The position numbers and the translations under genes were made by a program. 64,000 nt of DNA from Balanoglossus misakiensis. Its lineage: Eukaryota > Animalia > Hemichordata. The notes beneath the pieces are model-generated. The model did no database searches, was not told where the DNA came from, and worked only from the letters and a program-made list of their open reading frames with translations. Positions within the stretch are counted from its first letter, which is position 1. Each line of letters opens with the position of its first letter. The stretch spans positions 806,001 to 870,000 of the forward strand of contig CM082590.2 in assembly GCA_040954595.2 (NCBI GenBank), in the 5' to 3' direction. This document shows positions 39,738 to 52,400 of the stretch, piece after piece.

Positions 39738-41779
39738 ATTATAAATAAAGAACGTGTATATGTGTGTATGATCATTTTAACATTCACCTCTGTGTCCTTT
39801 TTTAGGGTATGTCTTTAATGAAGTTTTTCCAATGGCTATAACAGATGAGAAGGGTTAAATTGCAATACGTTTTGATACTACCATATGTGCGACATGACTA
39901 ACTCGATTTGATGATGAAAAAAATTGCAATAGATCCTTCAAGTCCAGTATAGTTTCCTGGGATCAGTTCATTAGTCGCTTTTCACATGTGTGTGTAGTGT
40001 TCAACAGTTTGATATACCGCTATATATTTTATTTTTCACATTTTAATATGAAATTTGTGATTTTACACATTGTTGCATGCATATATGCATCATGTGAATC
40101 TTTATAGTGTTTTAAATTTTAGATGAACATTTTCTTTACAAATACATAAATAATGTGTTTGCAGAAGCCATATAGGCATAATGTTTATTTTATTTGGGGT
40201 GGGAGTGGAGTATAATAGCAGTAAATTTGCTCATAAATTGAATATTATCGAGCCCATGCAACACATTATTTGTACTTTTTGAACAATAAAAAACTTAACT
40301 TTTTAGTGTTTATTTTTCCAAAGTTTTCTATTTTTGATACACTTGCAGATTTCAGTTATTTTGCATTTGAACATTCATCTTTATGTCCTTTTCCCTCAAT
40401 GTTACGAGGGCTTTAATGAAACTTTTTCTAATGGCTACATTAGATAAGGTTTCACTTTGTTTTTGCTTGACATTGTCAAGAGTTTATTATTTGTGGAACA
40501 GTTTTGATGTCAGTGTGTGTTTGGAGATTTCATCATTTATCTCAGTGTTAACGTATTTTCTCCCAATTTCGGGATCTTTAAGAAGTTTTCCCAGCGGCTA
40601 TAACAGATGACAAGGTTTCAATTTGCAATATATTTGAGAATTCCATATGCATTGCATAACTAACCTGATTTCATGATGAAAACAATTGCAATAGATCCTT
40701 CGAGTCCAGTATAGTTTCCTGGGATCAGTTCATTAGTCACTTTTCACTGCAAGCATATGCAGTGGTTGACATTCAGTTTTCAGTTACTTTACTTTCAAGT
40801 CTCTAGTATACTTTTTCTGTTATCAGACCATTTAGTGACTTTTCACACAACGTTTGTGTGCAGCAACAGTTTGATATTATCCTTCTTCCTATTTTAATAT
40901 GAATTTTATTTGAAGTTGTTATGAGATTTATTCTCATACCTGCATCTTTTATACATCTTGTATACAACTCGTATGCATAATCAGCATTGTTATTGTTAAA
41001 AAAAGTTATTCAAGTGATTGTGGCCCTTTATTTGCAGAGGTTACTTTATTTATAGAACACCATCCCCATTATTAATTTACTGAAACACTTCATTAATTCA
41101 GTGATGAAGTATTAATTTTAATCAGTTTACCCGTAATTATCAAATTTTGCTTGATTTTTTAAAATGTTCAACATTATCTTACTCTTTCTACTATATATTT
41201 ATGCCAGATTAGCATGTTTATTTGAAGTTAGCTTTACAAGAGGCATTAATGGACAATTCAATTCTTTGTTAACTTTATAAATCACCTACGCTTTCCCAGT
41301 TTTTTCCCTTATAAATAAAAGGGTTTTCCTGGGTTTTGGTGCGGGGTGAATTTTTAGTTCATGCAGTTCTGACTTTATTTATAAAAGGACATGATAATTT
41401 GAATTGTTGCAGTTTGTTTTATTGCAATATTTTGCAGTCTCTTTTTCTGTCTATGTGTCAAAGGGAAATTGTGGGTCCTTCTATAGGGTAGGTAAATGAC
41501 ATAGTCACCTTGGTCATCTATAAGACCAGCTGCTCTGAACACCAGCTTCAAGGTGATTGGCTTAGATGTGATTAGTAATGACTTTGGTTGGTATAAGATG
41601 TCTTCAAAACCAAGAAATCGTTATCATTGTCGCTGTTGAAAAAATGCGGGGTGAAAATTGCCGACTTGTGGATTCTCGCAGGGAACGTTGCATCTCTAAT
41701 AACTAATAATTGATTATTATCTGCCATATTTTCAATGCAGATGAAGGCTTGCGAATAGCCTTGAAAGGGGTCCAAGCAG

Positions 41780-42820
41780 ATGAACAAAATGCAGGAGGGT
41801 CAAGGGTCACACCAAAATTCGTTAAAAAAAATTGGATCCCATGCTGGTCCATGTCCAATGAAAACCAGACTTATAGCCCTACAATTATTGAGGTTAACAT
41901 GATAAATGAGGTACCGAAATTTCATCCCATTAATAGAACATGTACATGAAAAACTAAACCTCGAAACCTACTCATAAGCTTAAGAAGATGTGTGCATATT
42001 TCATGAGATCAACTAAGGTGAAGGGGGTCCTGATTAACCATCAAATTTTGGTACCATACTTGTGCATGTTTGCAAAAAGTGCACCTTTAGCTCTGGTTTG
42101 ATAACCCAGAATAACATATGCAAATGAGGGTCAAAGGTTATGGGATAACTTGTTAACGTTCGCGCTTCATCCCACCTACCGGTAATATGAAGCCTGTAGG
42201 TATTATAGTTATCTAGACATTTGCATTTAATTATGTGATATTAGGTCAAAGGTCATAGAGGTAACGTGCCATATTGGCAATTGATTTTGTCCTATAATGC
42301 CACCTGTCAACCAAAAATTACCTTTCTATGTCTATTTGGGTATAATTAGGCATATGCATAATTAATGACGGTCAAAGGTCAAGGGGTAACCCCAAAATCT
42401 GTGTATGCAAGTTGCTTCCATACTGATGCACCTCCACCAAAATCTCGTCCTCAGGCTCTATTGGTGACGTAGAATTAGACTTGCATTTTTCTTATGATGG
42501 TCAAAGGTCAGGGGGTAAATCAAAAACGTTGTTCTTTCTTTTGGTCCCATGCTACTCGCGGGCTGATAGGTACTAGCTGTCCAGGAGCATCGTATATGAC
42601 AGATAACTCGGTAAAAGGTCATCAAGAAATATGGGAAATGATTCTTTAAAATCTTCTAAAGATCGACATGGCCCTGGACGTTGAAATTTCACATGTAGGA
42701 TCCTTGCCATTTGGTCTACACAACACAAATCTTTAAAGGAATTTTAATTCCTTTTTTATTCAAATGAGGTCCATTTGAAAATTTCAGTCCACTTTGGACG
42801 CTAGGTCACCTGACTGATTA
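41780..42820. repeat. Probable interspersed repeat with recurring GGTCAAAGGTCA/GGTCAAGG motifs
   Basis: Motif at ~41798, 42129, 42244, 42371 and 42499; ends near ctaggtcacctgact at ~42810. Family not identifiable here. Confidence 0.45.
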
Positions 42821-43394
42821 AAAATTCAAGACTGTTACGCGCAAGATATCATAGGCTCGCATCACTGTGCCAAGTTAGGCCTACAGATTTGTAGATTCTG
42901 TCGTTTTCAAGTTCCAGGTTTACAAATCAATACACAATAGGGCAACGGAAGAAGCAGAGGAGTCTGGGTAACCGAGACTATAAGTATTTGCTATAAAATC
43001 GGATATGTGTATGTATTTATACTATTATAGTTTAATATTTCCATATAAACTCCAGTTTTGTTAAAGAATTCCGAAACTTTCAACTTATTATCTTGCCACT
43101 GATGATATGAAAATAAACTACTACAGTAGACCCTAGCTAAGTCGCGCCTCAATAAGTCGCGGTTTCGGCTAAGTCGTTGGTTACAGTATGGCTCCCATTA
43201 TTTTCTTTGTTTCCCCCCCCCCCATTTTGCTTTGTCGGCCACATCTCAAAATGTTTCAGTAATTTTGTACATGTATTCAGTTCCGCGAAAATGGTTATGA
43301 TATGATTGACTCGACAGATACCAGATAACGACTTTTGGCTCCGCATTTTTCACACATTTGTATGATGTGCAGTTTGATAATTCAGTAATCTTAA

Positions 43395-44908
43395 AGGGTC
43401 TATGACATGCTATAAAAAGGTTTTATTTTTCCCCGTCAAAAGCTCACCTAGGGTACCTGTCTATGCATTGCTTATTGTGTCGGTTCTGAAAAATGTGCAC
43501 GAATGCCGGAATTTGCCACGTTTTTCATGCCTGTGATCAGGGAGCCACTTCGCACTCGAGCCAGGCGAAGGTATGTACACTAGGTTCTAGTGTACCATTC
43601 TGTTTACAGTAAAGTGTAATAGCGGGCCATGAGTAATTAAGTCCACAGACAAAGACAAACTATATAAGCAGTGTTCAAAGCAAAGGAAGCCCTTGCCTAA
43701 CATTACAGGCAGAGGATTTACAAAGGTGTGAAAGACTATTTGTCCAAGATAAGTCTTCGGCTTAAGGTAGTTGGAAAGGCTAGGGCGTCAGTTAAAATTT
43801 CATTTAAAAACACTGAATTTATATCTAGAAATGTATTAAAGAAAAATTAAACTTATGAAAAATTCGGGGCAATAAACGTGTAACAAGATATGGCTGGTTT
43901 TATGATACCTAATTTCATACATCTGGCAAGGAAGCTAGGGAGCCTTATTTGAGCGCCCTCTTGGGGAAGACTTCTCCTTGGCTATGCGCACAAGGACGGG
44001 TTCCCCTAGCCAAAGGCATTTAAATGTAACTTGCAAACACTGATTCTTGCAATTTTCAACGATAGATAACCTTGCTCGTTTATTAAAGGCTGCCAAATTA
44101 TGGACATTTTTGCATTTCTAGGGAACCCGAAAGGCCAGCGGAAAAGCGTTTGACCCTGATAAATGCAATCCTTCGCCGTGAACTGCCGCTAAACTTTGCG
44201 TATTTCGCTACTTTTCTGCCCTTCGCCATAATGTAATGGTTTTTATTTGTGATTGAATTGGTATGCCAGATATTTTTTTTATCATGAAACTTTCAGGAAA
44301 GGCTCGGGACATCCCAAAGAACAATTTAACGGGACAGTTTTTTCATAAGTTTTCCTGTTGTGTTTTGGCAGCACGTTAAAGTTGTATACAAAATATCAAC
44401 AAAAACTGTGTTTTCCTGAGTGATAACTTTGAAAAAAATAAATTTTTGCTGAAAGTGTCCCATACATTGCTGGAGGGGTATTCAATAATTTGTGAAAACA
44501 TGTCAAGATTCAATTAATATTTTGTAAAATTATGAATATTTATTTTTAGGCGTATCAAATTTCATAATTTTAGCAGATATTTTTACAGTCATATTTTTCC
44601 CTCACTTTTTAGTTTGTTAAGAATACATGCTGCAAATTTGAAGTCATTATCTTTATTCTAACTTGTGAAAATAAATTCACAAACATTGAGAGAATTTGCT
44701 TCAAAAATAGCCTTTCCAACTACCTTAACTTTGAAAAGCCGAAAAAAATCGACTGAGTTGGGTAAGGGGTACACGCCCACTCGCCACTTTTACTTGCCTG
44801 TTATCTAAGCACAGAGGGTGATACGCAATTCCAGATAGTAACATACGTTAACTTCAAGACCCAAAGAGTGATTTTACGCGTGGTTCTATAGGGCATGTCA
44901 TAGGCACT
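43395..44908. mobile_element. Non-autonomous TTAA-TSD DNA transposon (Kolobok-like), outer element
   Basis: TTAA|AGGGTCTATGACATGC ... GCATGTCATAGGCACT|TTAA; 14/16 TIR match. Confidence 0.7.
43766..44724. mobile_element. 959-bp non-autonomous TTAA-TSD DNA transposon (Kolobok-like), nested in the former
   Basis: TTAA|GGTAGTTGGAAAGGCTA ... TAGCCTTTCCAACTACC|TTAA; perfect 17-bp TIR. Confidence 0.88.
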
Positions 44909-45662
44909 TTAATGTTACATTGCGCAACTTTCTTCAATTTCCCCATAATCTACTCCCCTGTCTTACAAGGATTTAAACTCGCCGGTTGATCTTTTATAAA
45001 ATATATACCTGCTTTCAAGTACATTTCAAATAAAATAAGTCAATGCTTTTGTAATTAAACTTAAGTTACTCCTTTATTAAAAAATATTTAGTAACGTTTA
45101 AATTTTATCCAATTTGGTATCACGATTAAAAATTCCGTATTCATCAATTAAATTAAGCACCCATCAAGCTAGTATTTTTTCTTTACTGATATAGACTTGC
45201 ATATCACCTGCTAACTGAGAAAAATAAGTTTTTTATTGATGAGGATACTGTTGAAGTGCAATACTAGTTAGTTCATTATGTCAATGGTAATACATAGTGG
45301 AGAAAGACGAGTGTACGTACATGTATTGTATGCAGTTGAAATTCGCAAACTGTTTTTTTATTCAAGAAAAAATACCTGGTCTAATTGATAAGTATAATAT
45401 ATGCATGCTGTTGCCAGAATAACCACCAAATTGATCGGATAAAGATCAAATTGAAGATTTGTTTACGCCCAACTAGTTGCCAGTCGAGTCGCCCCGTGTA
45501 ACTGTTCGATGTAGCGACGCGACTCGAGTAGCGCGTCGAGTTGCCTACCGAGTTGCCTGCCGAGTTGCCTCGTGTAACTCGGCCTTAAGACGGAGGTGAC
45601 TCGCGGCGAACATCTCATTAATTCATAATGGCGGACATGTAAGCCGAAGTTCGACTCGCAGG

Positions 45663-45969
45663 GCATATTTTCGAAGAAGTTACATAATATTTGTCGATTT
45701 AGGTAGTGATAGTTTTACCAAGCGAAAGCTTGTATTTTTTCTCAATCAATAAACCAATTCACATGGATTGTGCAGCTACTGTCTTGTGTAAAACGGTTTA
45801 AAAGTGGTATGCACTTCCGGAATCATGTCCTTATATACGCACCGGGACGTTCTTGCTGACGGCCGCTGTCTCTGAAAAGCCAAAGGTCATTGACGGCGCC
45901 CTCTTGAGAGGCAAGCTTATCGTTCGACGAGGTACAAAAGTGCCCTGCGCAAGTATTCACAAAACGCTT
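45663..45969. mobile_element. Third, shorter and diverged copy of the 5490-5915 dispersed repeat
   Basis: Direct similarity to 37871-38295; the middle ~120 bp is missing or replaced. Confidence 0.75.
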
Positions 45970-46499
45970 TGTGCGTCGAACGCACCCCGGGTTTTTGGCC
46001 AAGATCGGGCCGAACCTGACCCCTATCCCTTTAACGTAGCGCAGCCAGCGGTGGGAATGGGGCAGGGGACAAGACTAAATATGGGCCAAAGCACTACAGG
46101 GCGTTTAAGCCCCTTAATATTTCCCACTTTGTCTGCTGCCAAAGTTCAAAATAAGATAATTAGAATGAATTTGCAATTGAGTCATTCATTTTGATGGATG
46201 TGGAAACACAGGTGTTCCGTTGGGAAAGGAGATGCTGATCCCCCCCCCCCCCCACGGACAGCTGCGGCCCATCTCCTTTTCTAAACGCGCAGTTTACGCG
46301 ATCTGACTTGGATCGCGACATTTGAACGACAACAGAAAACAAAGAGCGCAATTCAATAAAACGACCTATACAACCCCGAACTCTGGCTATTTCGTCGAAA
46401 AATAGCAAGACTCGTTGCTAAAGTTATCCTGAGGAAATTATCGGCAAACGCACAATTAAAATGCGTAAGTTATGCAGGGAAACGCAAAATATATTTCGA

Positions 46500-49400
46500 C
46501 GGAAAAAATAACAAGCCTATGTGTTCTCCGGACCACAACAGAATTGTGTAAACAAACGAGGTTGCGTTTGGAAGCATCCATGGAAATTTTAGAACTATCT
46601 GTCGATCTACAGAGTTTACTGGAAAACTTTCTGATGCGCATAGGCCTATCATGTGTTCTGCGTCTCACAGCAGAATTCAGTAAACAAACGAGGCTGTTTG
46701 GAAGCAACCATGGAAATTTTAGAACTATCCGTCGATCTACAGAGTCTAGTGGAAAACTTTCTTATGCGCATTGGCATATCATGTGTTATGCGCATCACAA
46801 CAGAATTTTGTAAACAAACGAGGCTTTGTTTGAAAGCAACCATGGAAATTTTAGAACTATCCGTCGATCTACTGAGTCTAGTGGAAAACTTTCTTGTGCG
46901 CATTGGCCTATCATGTGTTATGCGCATCACAACAGAATTTTGTAAACAAACGAAGCTGTTTGGAAGCAACCATGGAAATTTTAGAACTATCCGTCGATCT
47001 ACTGAGTCTAGTGGAAAACTTTCTTGTGCGCATTGGCCTATCATGTGTTATGCGCATCACAACAGAATTTTGTAAACAAACGAAGCTGTTTGGAAGCAAC
47101 CATGGAAATTTTAGAACTATCCGTCGATCTACTGAGTCTAGTGGAAAACTTTCTTGTGCGCATTAGCCTATCATGTGTTATGCGCATCACAACAGAATTT
47201 TGTAAACAAACGAGACTGTTTGTAAGCAACCATGGAAATTTTAGAACTATCCGTCGATCTACTGAGTCTAGTGGAAAACTTTCTTGTGCGCATTGGCCTA
47301 TCGTGTGTTATGCGCATCACAACAGAATTTTGTAAACAAACGAAGCTGTTTGGAAGCAACCATGGAAATTTTAGAACTATCCGTCGATCTACTGAGTCTA
47401 GTGGAAAACTTTCTTGTGCGCATTGGCCTATCATGTGTTATGCGCATCACAACAGAATTTTGTAAACAAACGAAGCTGTTTGGAAGCAACCATGGAAATT
47501 TTAGAACTATCCGTCGATCTACTGAGTCTAGTGGAAAACTTTCTTGTGCGCATTGGCCTATCATGTGTTATGCGCATCACAACAGAATTTTGTAAACAAA
47601 CGAGACTGTTTGTAAGCAACCATGGAAATTTTAGAACTATCCGTCGATCTACTGAGTCTAGTGGAAAACTTTCTAGTGCGCATTGGCCTATCATGTGTTA
47701 TGCGCATCACAACAGAATTTTGTAAACAAACGAAGCTGTTTGGAAGCAACCATGGAAATTTTAGAACTATCCGTCGATCTACTGAGTCTAGTGGAAAACT
47801 TTCTTGTGCGCATTGGCCTATCATGTGTTATGCGCATTACAACAGAATTTTGTAAACAAACGAAGCTGTTTGGAAGCAACCATGGAAATTTTAGAACTAT
47901 CCGTCGATCTACTGAGTCTAGTGGAAAACTTTCTTGTGCGCATTGGCCTATCATGTGTTATGCGCATCACAACAGAATTTTGTAAACAAACGAGACTGTT
48001 TGTAAGCAACCATGGAAATTTTAGAACTATCCGTTGATCTACTGAGTCTAGTGGAAAACTTTCTTGTGCGCATTGGCCTATCATGTGTTATGCGCATCAC
48101 AACAGAATTTTGTAAACAAACGAAGCTGTTTGGAAGCAACCATGGAAATTTTAGAACTATCCGTCGATCTACTGAGTCTAGTGGAAAACTTTCTTATGCG
48201 CATTGGCCTATCATGTGTTATGCGCATCGCAACAGAAATCGGTAAACAAACGAGGCTTTGTTTGGAAGCAACCATGGAAACTTTAGATCTATCCGTCGAT
48301 CTACAGGGTCTAGTGGATAACTTTCTTATGCGCATAGGCTTATCATGTGTTATGCGCATCACAACAGAATTATGTAAACAAATGAGGCTGTTTGAAAGCA
48401 ACCATGGAAATTTTAGAACTATCCGTCGATCTACAGAGTCTAGTGGATAACTTTCTTATGCGCATAGACCTATCATGTGTTATGCGCATCACTACAGAAT
48501 TTTGTAAACAAACGAGGCTTTGTTTGGAAGCAACCATGGAAATTTTAGAACCATCCGTCGATCTACAGAGTCTAGTGGAAAACTTTCTTATGCGCATTGG
48601 CCTATCATGTGTTATGCGCATCACAACAGAATTTTGTAAACGAACGAGGCTTTGTTTGGAAGCAACCATGGAAATTTTAGAACTATCCGTCGATCTACAG
48701 AGTCTAGTGGAAAACTTTCTTATGCGCATTAGCCTATCATGTGTTATGCGCATCACAACAGAATTTTGTAAACGAATGAGGCTTTGTTTGGAAGCAACCA
48801 TGGCAATTTTTTGAACTATCCGTCGATCTACAGAGTCTAGTGGAAAACTTTCTTATGCGCATTAGCCTATCATGTGTTATGCGCATCACTACAGAATTTT
48901 GTAAACAAACGAGGCTTTGTTTGGAAGCAACCATGGAAATTTTAGAACTATCCGTCGATCTACAGGGTCTAGTGGATAACTTTCTTATGCGCATAGGCTT
49001 ATCATGTGTTATGCGCATCATAACAGAATTATGTAAACAAATGAGGCTGTTTGGAAGCAACCATGGAAATTTTAGAACTATCCGTCGATCTACACAGTCT
49101 AGTGGAAAACTTTCTGATGCGCATTGGCCTATCATGTGTTATGCGCATCACAACAGAATTTTGTAAAAAACGAGGCTTTGTTTGGAAGCAACCATGGAAA
49201 TTTTAGAACTATCTGTCGATCTACAGAGTCTAGTGGATAACTTTCTTATGCGCATAGGCTTATCATGTGTTATGCGCATCACAACAGAATTTTGTAAACA
49301 AATGAGGCTGTTTGGAAGCAACCATTGAAATTTTAGAACTATCCGTCGATCTACAGAGTCTAGTGGAAAACTTTCTGATGCGCATAGGCCTATCATGTGT

Positions 49401-52400
49401 TCCGCGCCTCACAACAGAAATCGGTAAATAAACGAGGCTGTTTGGAAGCAACCATGGAAATTTTAGAACTATTCGTCGATCTACAGAGTCTAGTGGATAA
49501 CTTTCTTATGCGCATAGGCCTATCATGTGTTATGCGCATCACAACAGAATTTTGTAAACAAACGAAGCCGTTTGGAAGCAACCATGGAAATTTTAGAACT
49601 ATCCGTCGATCTACAGAGTCTAGTGGATAACTTCCTTATGCGCATAGACCTAACATGTGTTATGCGCATCACTACAGAATTTTGTAAACAAACGAGGCTT
49701 TGTTTGGAAGCAACCATGGAAATTTTAGAACCATCCGTCGATCTACAGAGTCTAGTGGAAAACTTTCTTATGCGCATTGGCCTATCATGTGTTATGCGCA
49801 TCACAACAGAATTTTGTAAACAAACGAGGCTTTGTTTGGAAGCAACCATGGAAATTTTAGAACTATCCGTCGATCTACAGAGTCTAGTGGAAAACTTTCT
49901 TATGCGCATTGGCCTATCATGTGTTATGCGCATCACAACAGAATTTTGTAAACAAACGAGGCTTTGTTTGGAAGCAACCATGGAAATTTTAGAACTATCC
50001 GTCGATCTACATAGTCTAGTGGAAAATTTCTTATGCGCATTAGCCTATCATGTGTTATGCGCATCACAACAGAATTTTGTAAACAAACGAGGCTTTGTTT
50101 GGAAGCAACCATGGAAATTTTAGAACTATCCGTCGATCTACAGGGTCTAGTGGATAACTTTCTTATGCGCATAGGCTTAACATGTGTTATGCGCATCACA
50201 ACAGAATTATGTAAACAAATGAGGCTGTTTGGAAGCAACCATGGAAATTTTAGAACTATCCGTCGATCTACAGAGTCTAGTGGAAAACTTTCTGAAGCGC
50301 ATTGGCCTATCATGTGTTATGCGCATCACAACAGAATTTTGTAAAATACGAGGCTTTGTTTGGAAGCAACCATGGAAATTTTAGAACTATCCGTCGATCT
50401 ACAGAGTCTAGTGGATAACTTTCTTATGCGCATAGGCTTATCATGTGTTATGCGCATCACAACAGAATTTTGTTAACAAATGAGGCTGTTTGGAAGCAAC
50501 CATGGAAATTTTAGAACTATCCGTCGATCTACAGAGTCTAGTGGAAAACTTTCTGATGCGCATTGGCCTATCATGTGTTATGCGCATCACAACAGAATTT
50601 TGTATAAAACGAGGCTTTGTTTGGAAGCAACCATGGAAATTTTAGAATTATCCGTCGATCTACAGGGTCTAGTGGATAACTTTCTTATGCGCATAGGCCT
50701 ATCATGTGTTCTGCGCCTCACAACAGAAATCGGTAAATAAACGAGGCTGTTTGGAAGCAACCATGGACATTTTAGAACTATTCGTCGATCTACAGAGTGT
50801 AGTGGATAACTTTCTTATGCGCATAGGCCTATTATGTGTTATGCGCATCACAACAGAATTTTGTAAACAAATGAGGCTGTTTGGAAACAACCATGGAAAT
50901 TTTAGAACTATCCGTCGATCTACAGAGTCTAGTGGAAAACTTTCTGATGCGCATAGGCCTATCATGTGTTCTGCGCCTCACAACAGAAATCGGTAAATAA
51001 ACGAGGCTGTTTGGAAGCAACCCTGGAAATTTTAGAACTATCCGTCGATCTACAGAGTCTAGTGGATAACTTTCTTATGCGCATAGGCTTATCATGTGTT
51101 ATGCGCATCATAACAGAATTATGTAAACAAATGAGGCTGTTTGGAAGCAACCATGGAAATTTTAGAACTATCCGTCGATCTACACAGTCTAGTGGAAAAC
51201 TTTCTGATGCGCATTGGCCTATCATGTGTTATGCGCATCACAACAGAATTTTGTAAAAAACGAGGCTTTGTTTGGAAGCAACCATGGAAATTTTAGAACT
51301 ATCTGTCGATCTACAGAGTCTAGTGGATAACTTTCTTATGCGCATAGGCTTATCATGTGTTATGCGCATCACAACAGAATTTTGTAAACAAATGAGGCTG
51401 TTTGGAAGCAACCATGGAAATTTTAGAACTATCCGTCGATCTACAGAGTCTAGTGGAAAACTTTCTGATGCGCATTGGCCTATCATGTGTTATGCGCATC
51501 ACAACAGAATTTTGTATAAAACGAGGCTTTGTTTGGAAGCAACCATGGAAATTTTAGAATTATCCGTCGATCTACAGGGTCTAGTGGATAACTTTCTTAT
51601 GCGCATAGGCCTATCATGTGTTCTGCGCCTCACAACAGAAATCGGTAAATAAACGAGGCTGTTTGGAAGCAACCATGGACATTTTAGAACTATTCGTCGA
51701 TCTACAGAGTCTAGTGGATAACTTTCTTATGCGCATAGGCCTATTATGTGTTATGCGCATCACAACAGAATTTTGTAAACAAACGAAGCTGTTTGGAAGC
51801 AACCATGGAAATTTTAGAACTATCCGTCGATCTACTGAGTCTAGTGGAAAACTTTCTTGTGCGCATTGGCCTATCATGTGTTATGCGCATCACAACAGAA
51901 TTTTGTAAACAAACGAGACTGTTTGTAAGCAACCATGGAAATTTTAGAACTATCCGTCGATCTACTGAGTCTAGTGGAAAACTTTCTAGTGCGCATTGGC
52001 CTATCATGTGTTATGCGCATCACAACAGAATTTTGTAAACAAACGAAGCTGTTTGGAAGCAACCATGGAAATTTTAGAACTATCCGTCGATCTACTGAGT
52101 CTAGTGGAAAACTTTCTTGTGCGCATTGGCCTATCATGTGTTATGCGCATTACAACAGAATTTTGTAAACAAACGAAGCTGTTTGGAAGCAACCATGGAA
52201 ATTTTAGAACTATCCGTCGATCTACTGAGTCTAGTGGAAAACTTTCTTGTGCGCATTGGCCTATCATGTGTTATGCGCATCACAACAGAATTTTGTAAAC
52301 AAACGAGACTGTTTGTAAGCAACCATGGAAATTTTAGAACTATCCGTTGATCTACTGAGTCTAGTGGAAAACTTTCTTGTGCGCATTGGCCTATCATGTG

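Larger units (their letters stand above)
20281..41748. repeat. Right arm of giant inverted repeat
   Basis: agttcttgattatgct at 20281 is the reverse complement of 19141-19156. The arm is collinear in reverse with the left arm out to 41748, apart from indels. Confidence 0.97.

Noticed and set aside
1-41748. Palindrome as a sequencing fold-back chimera
   Set aside because: The arms differ by TSD-flanked insertions, SNPs and repeat counts, and there is a unique spacer. Haplotype mis-joining is not excluded and is listed as the key test.
43124-43180. TA|CAGTAGACCCT... Tc1/pogo-like MITE left end with taagtcg subrepeats
   Set aside because: I could not find a matching right TIR with a TA TSD.
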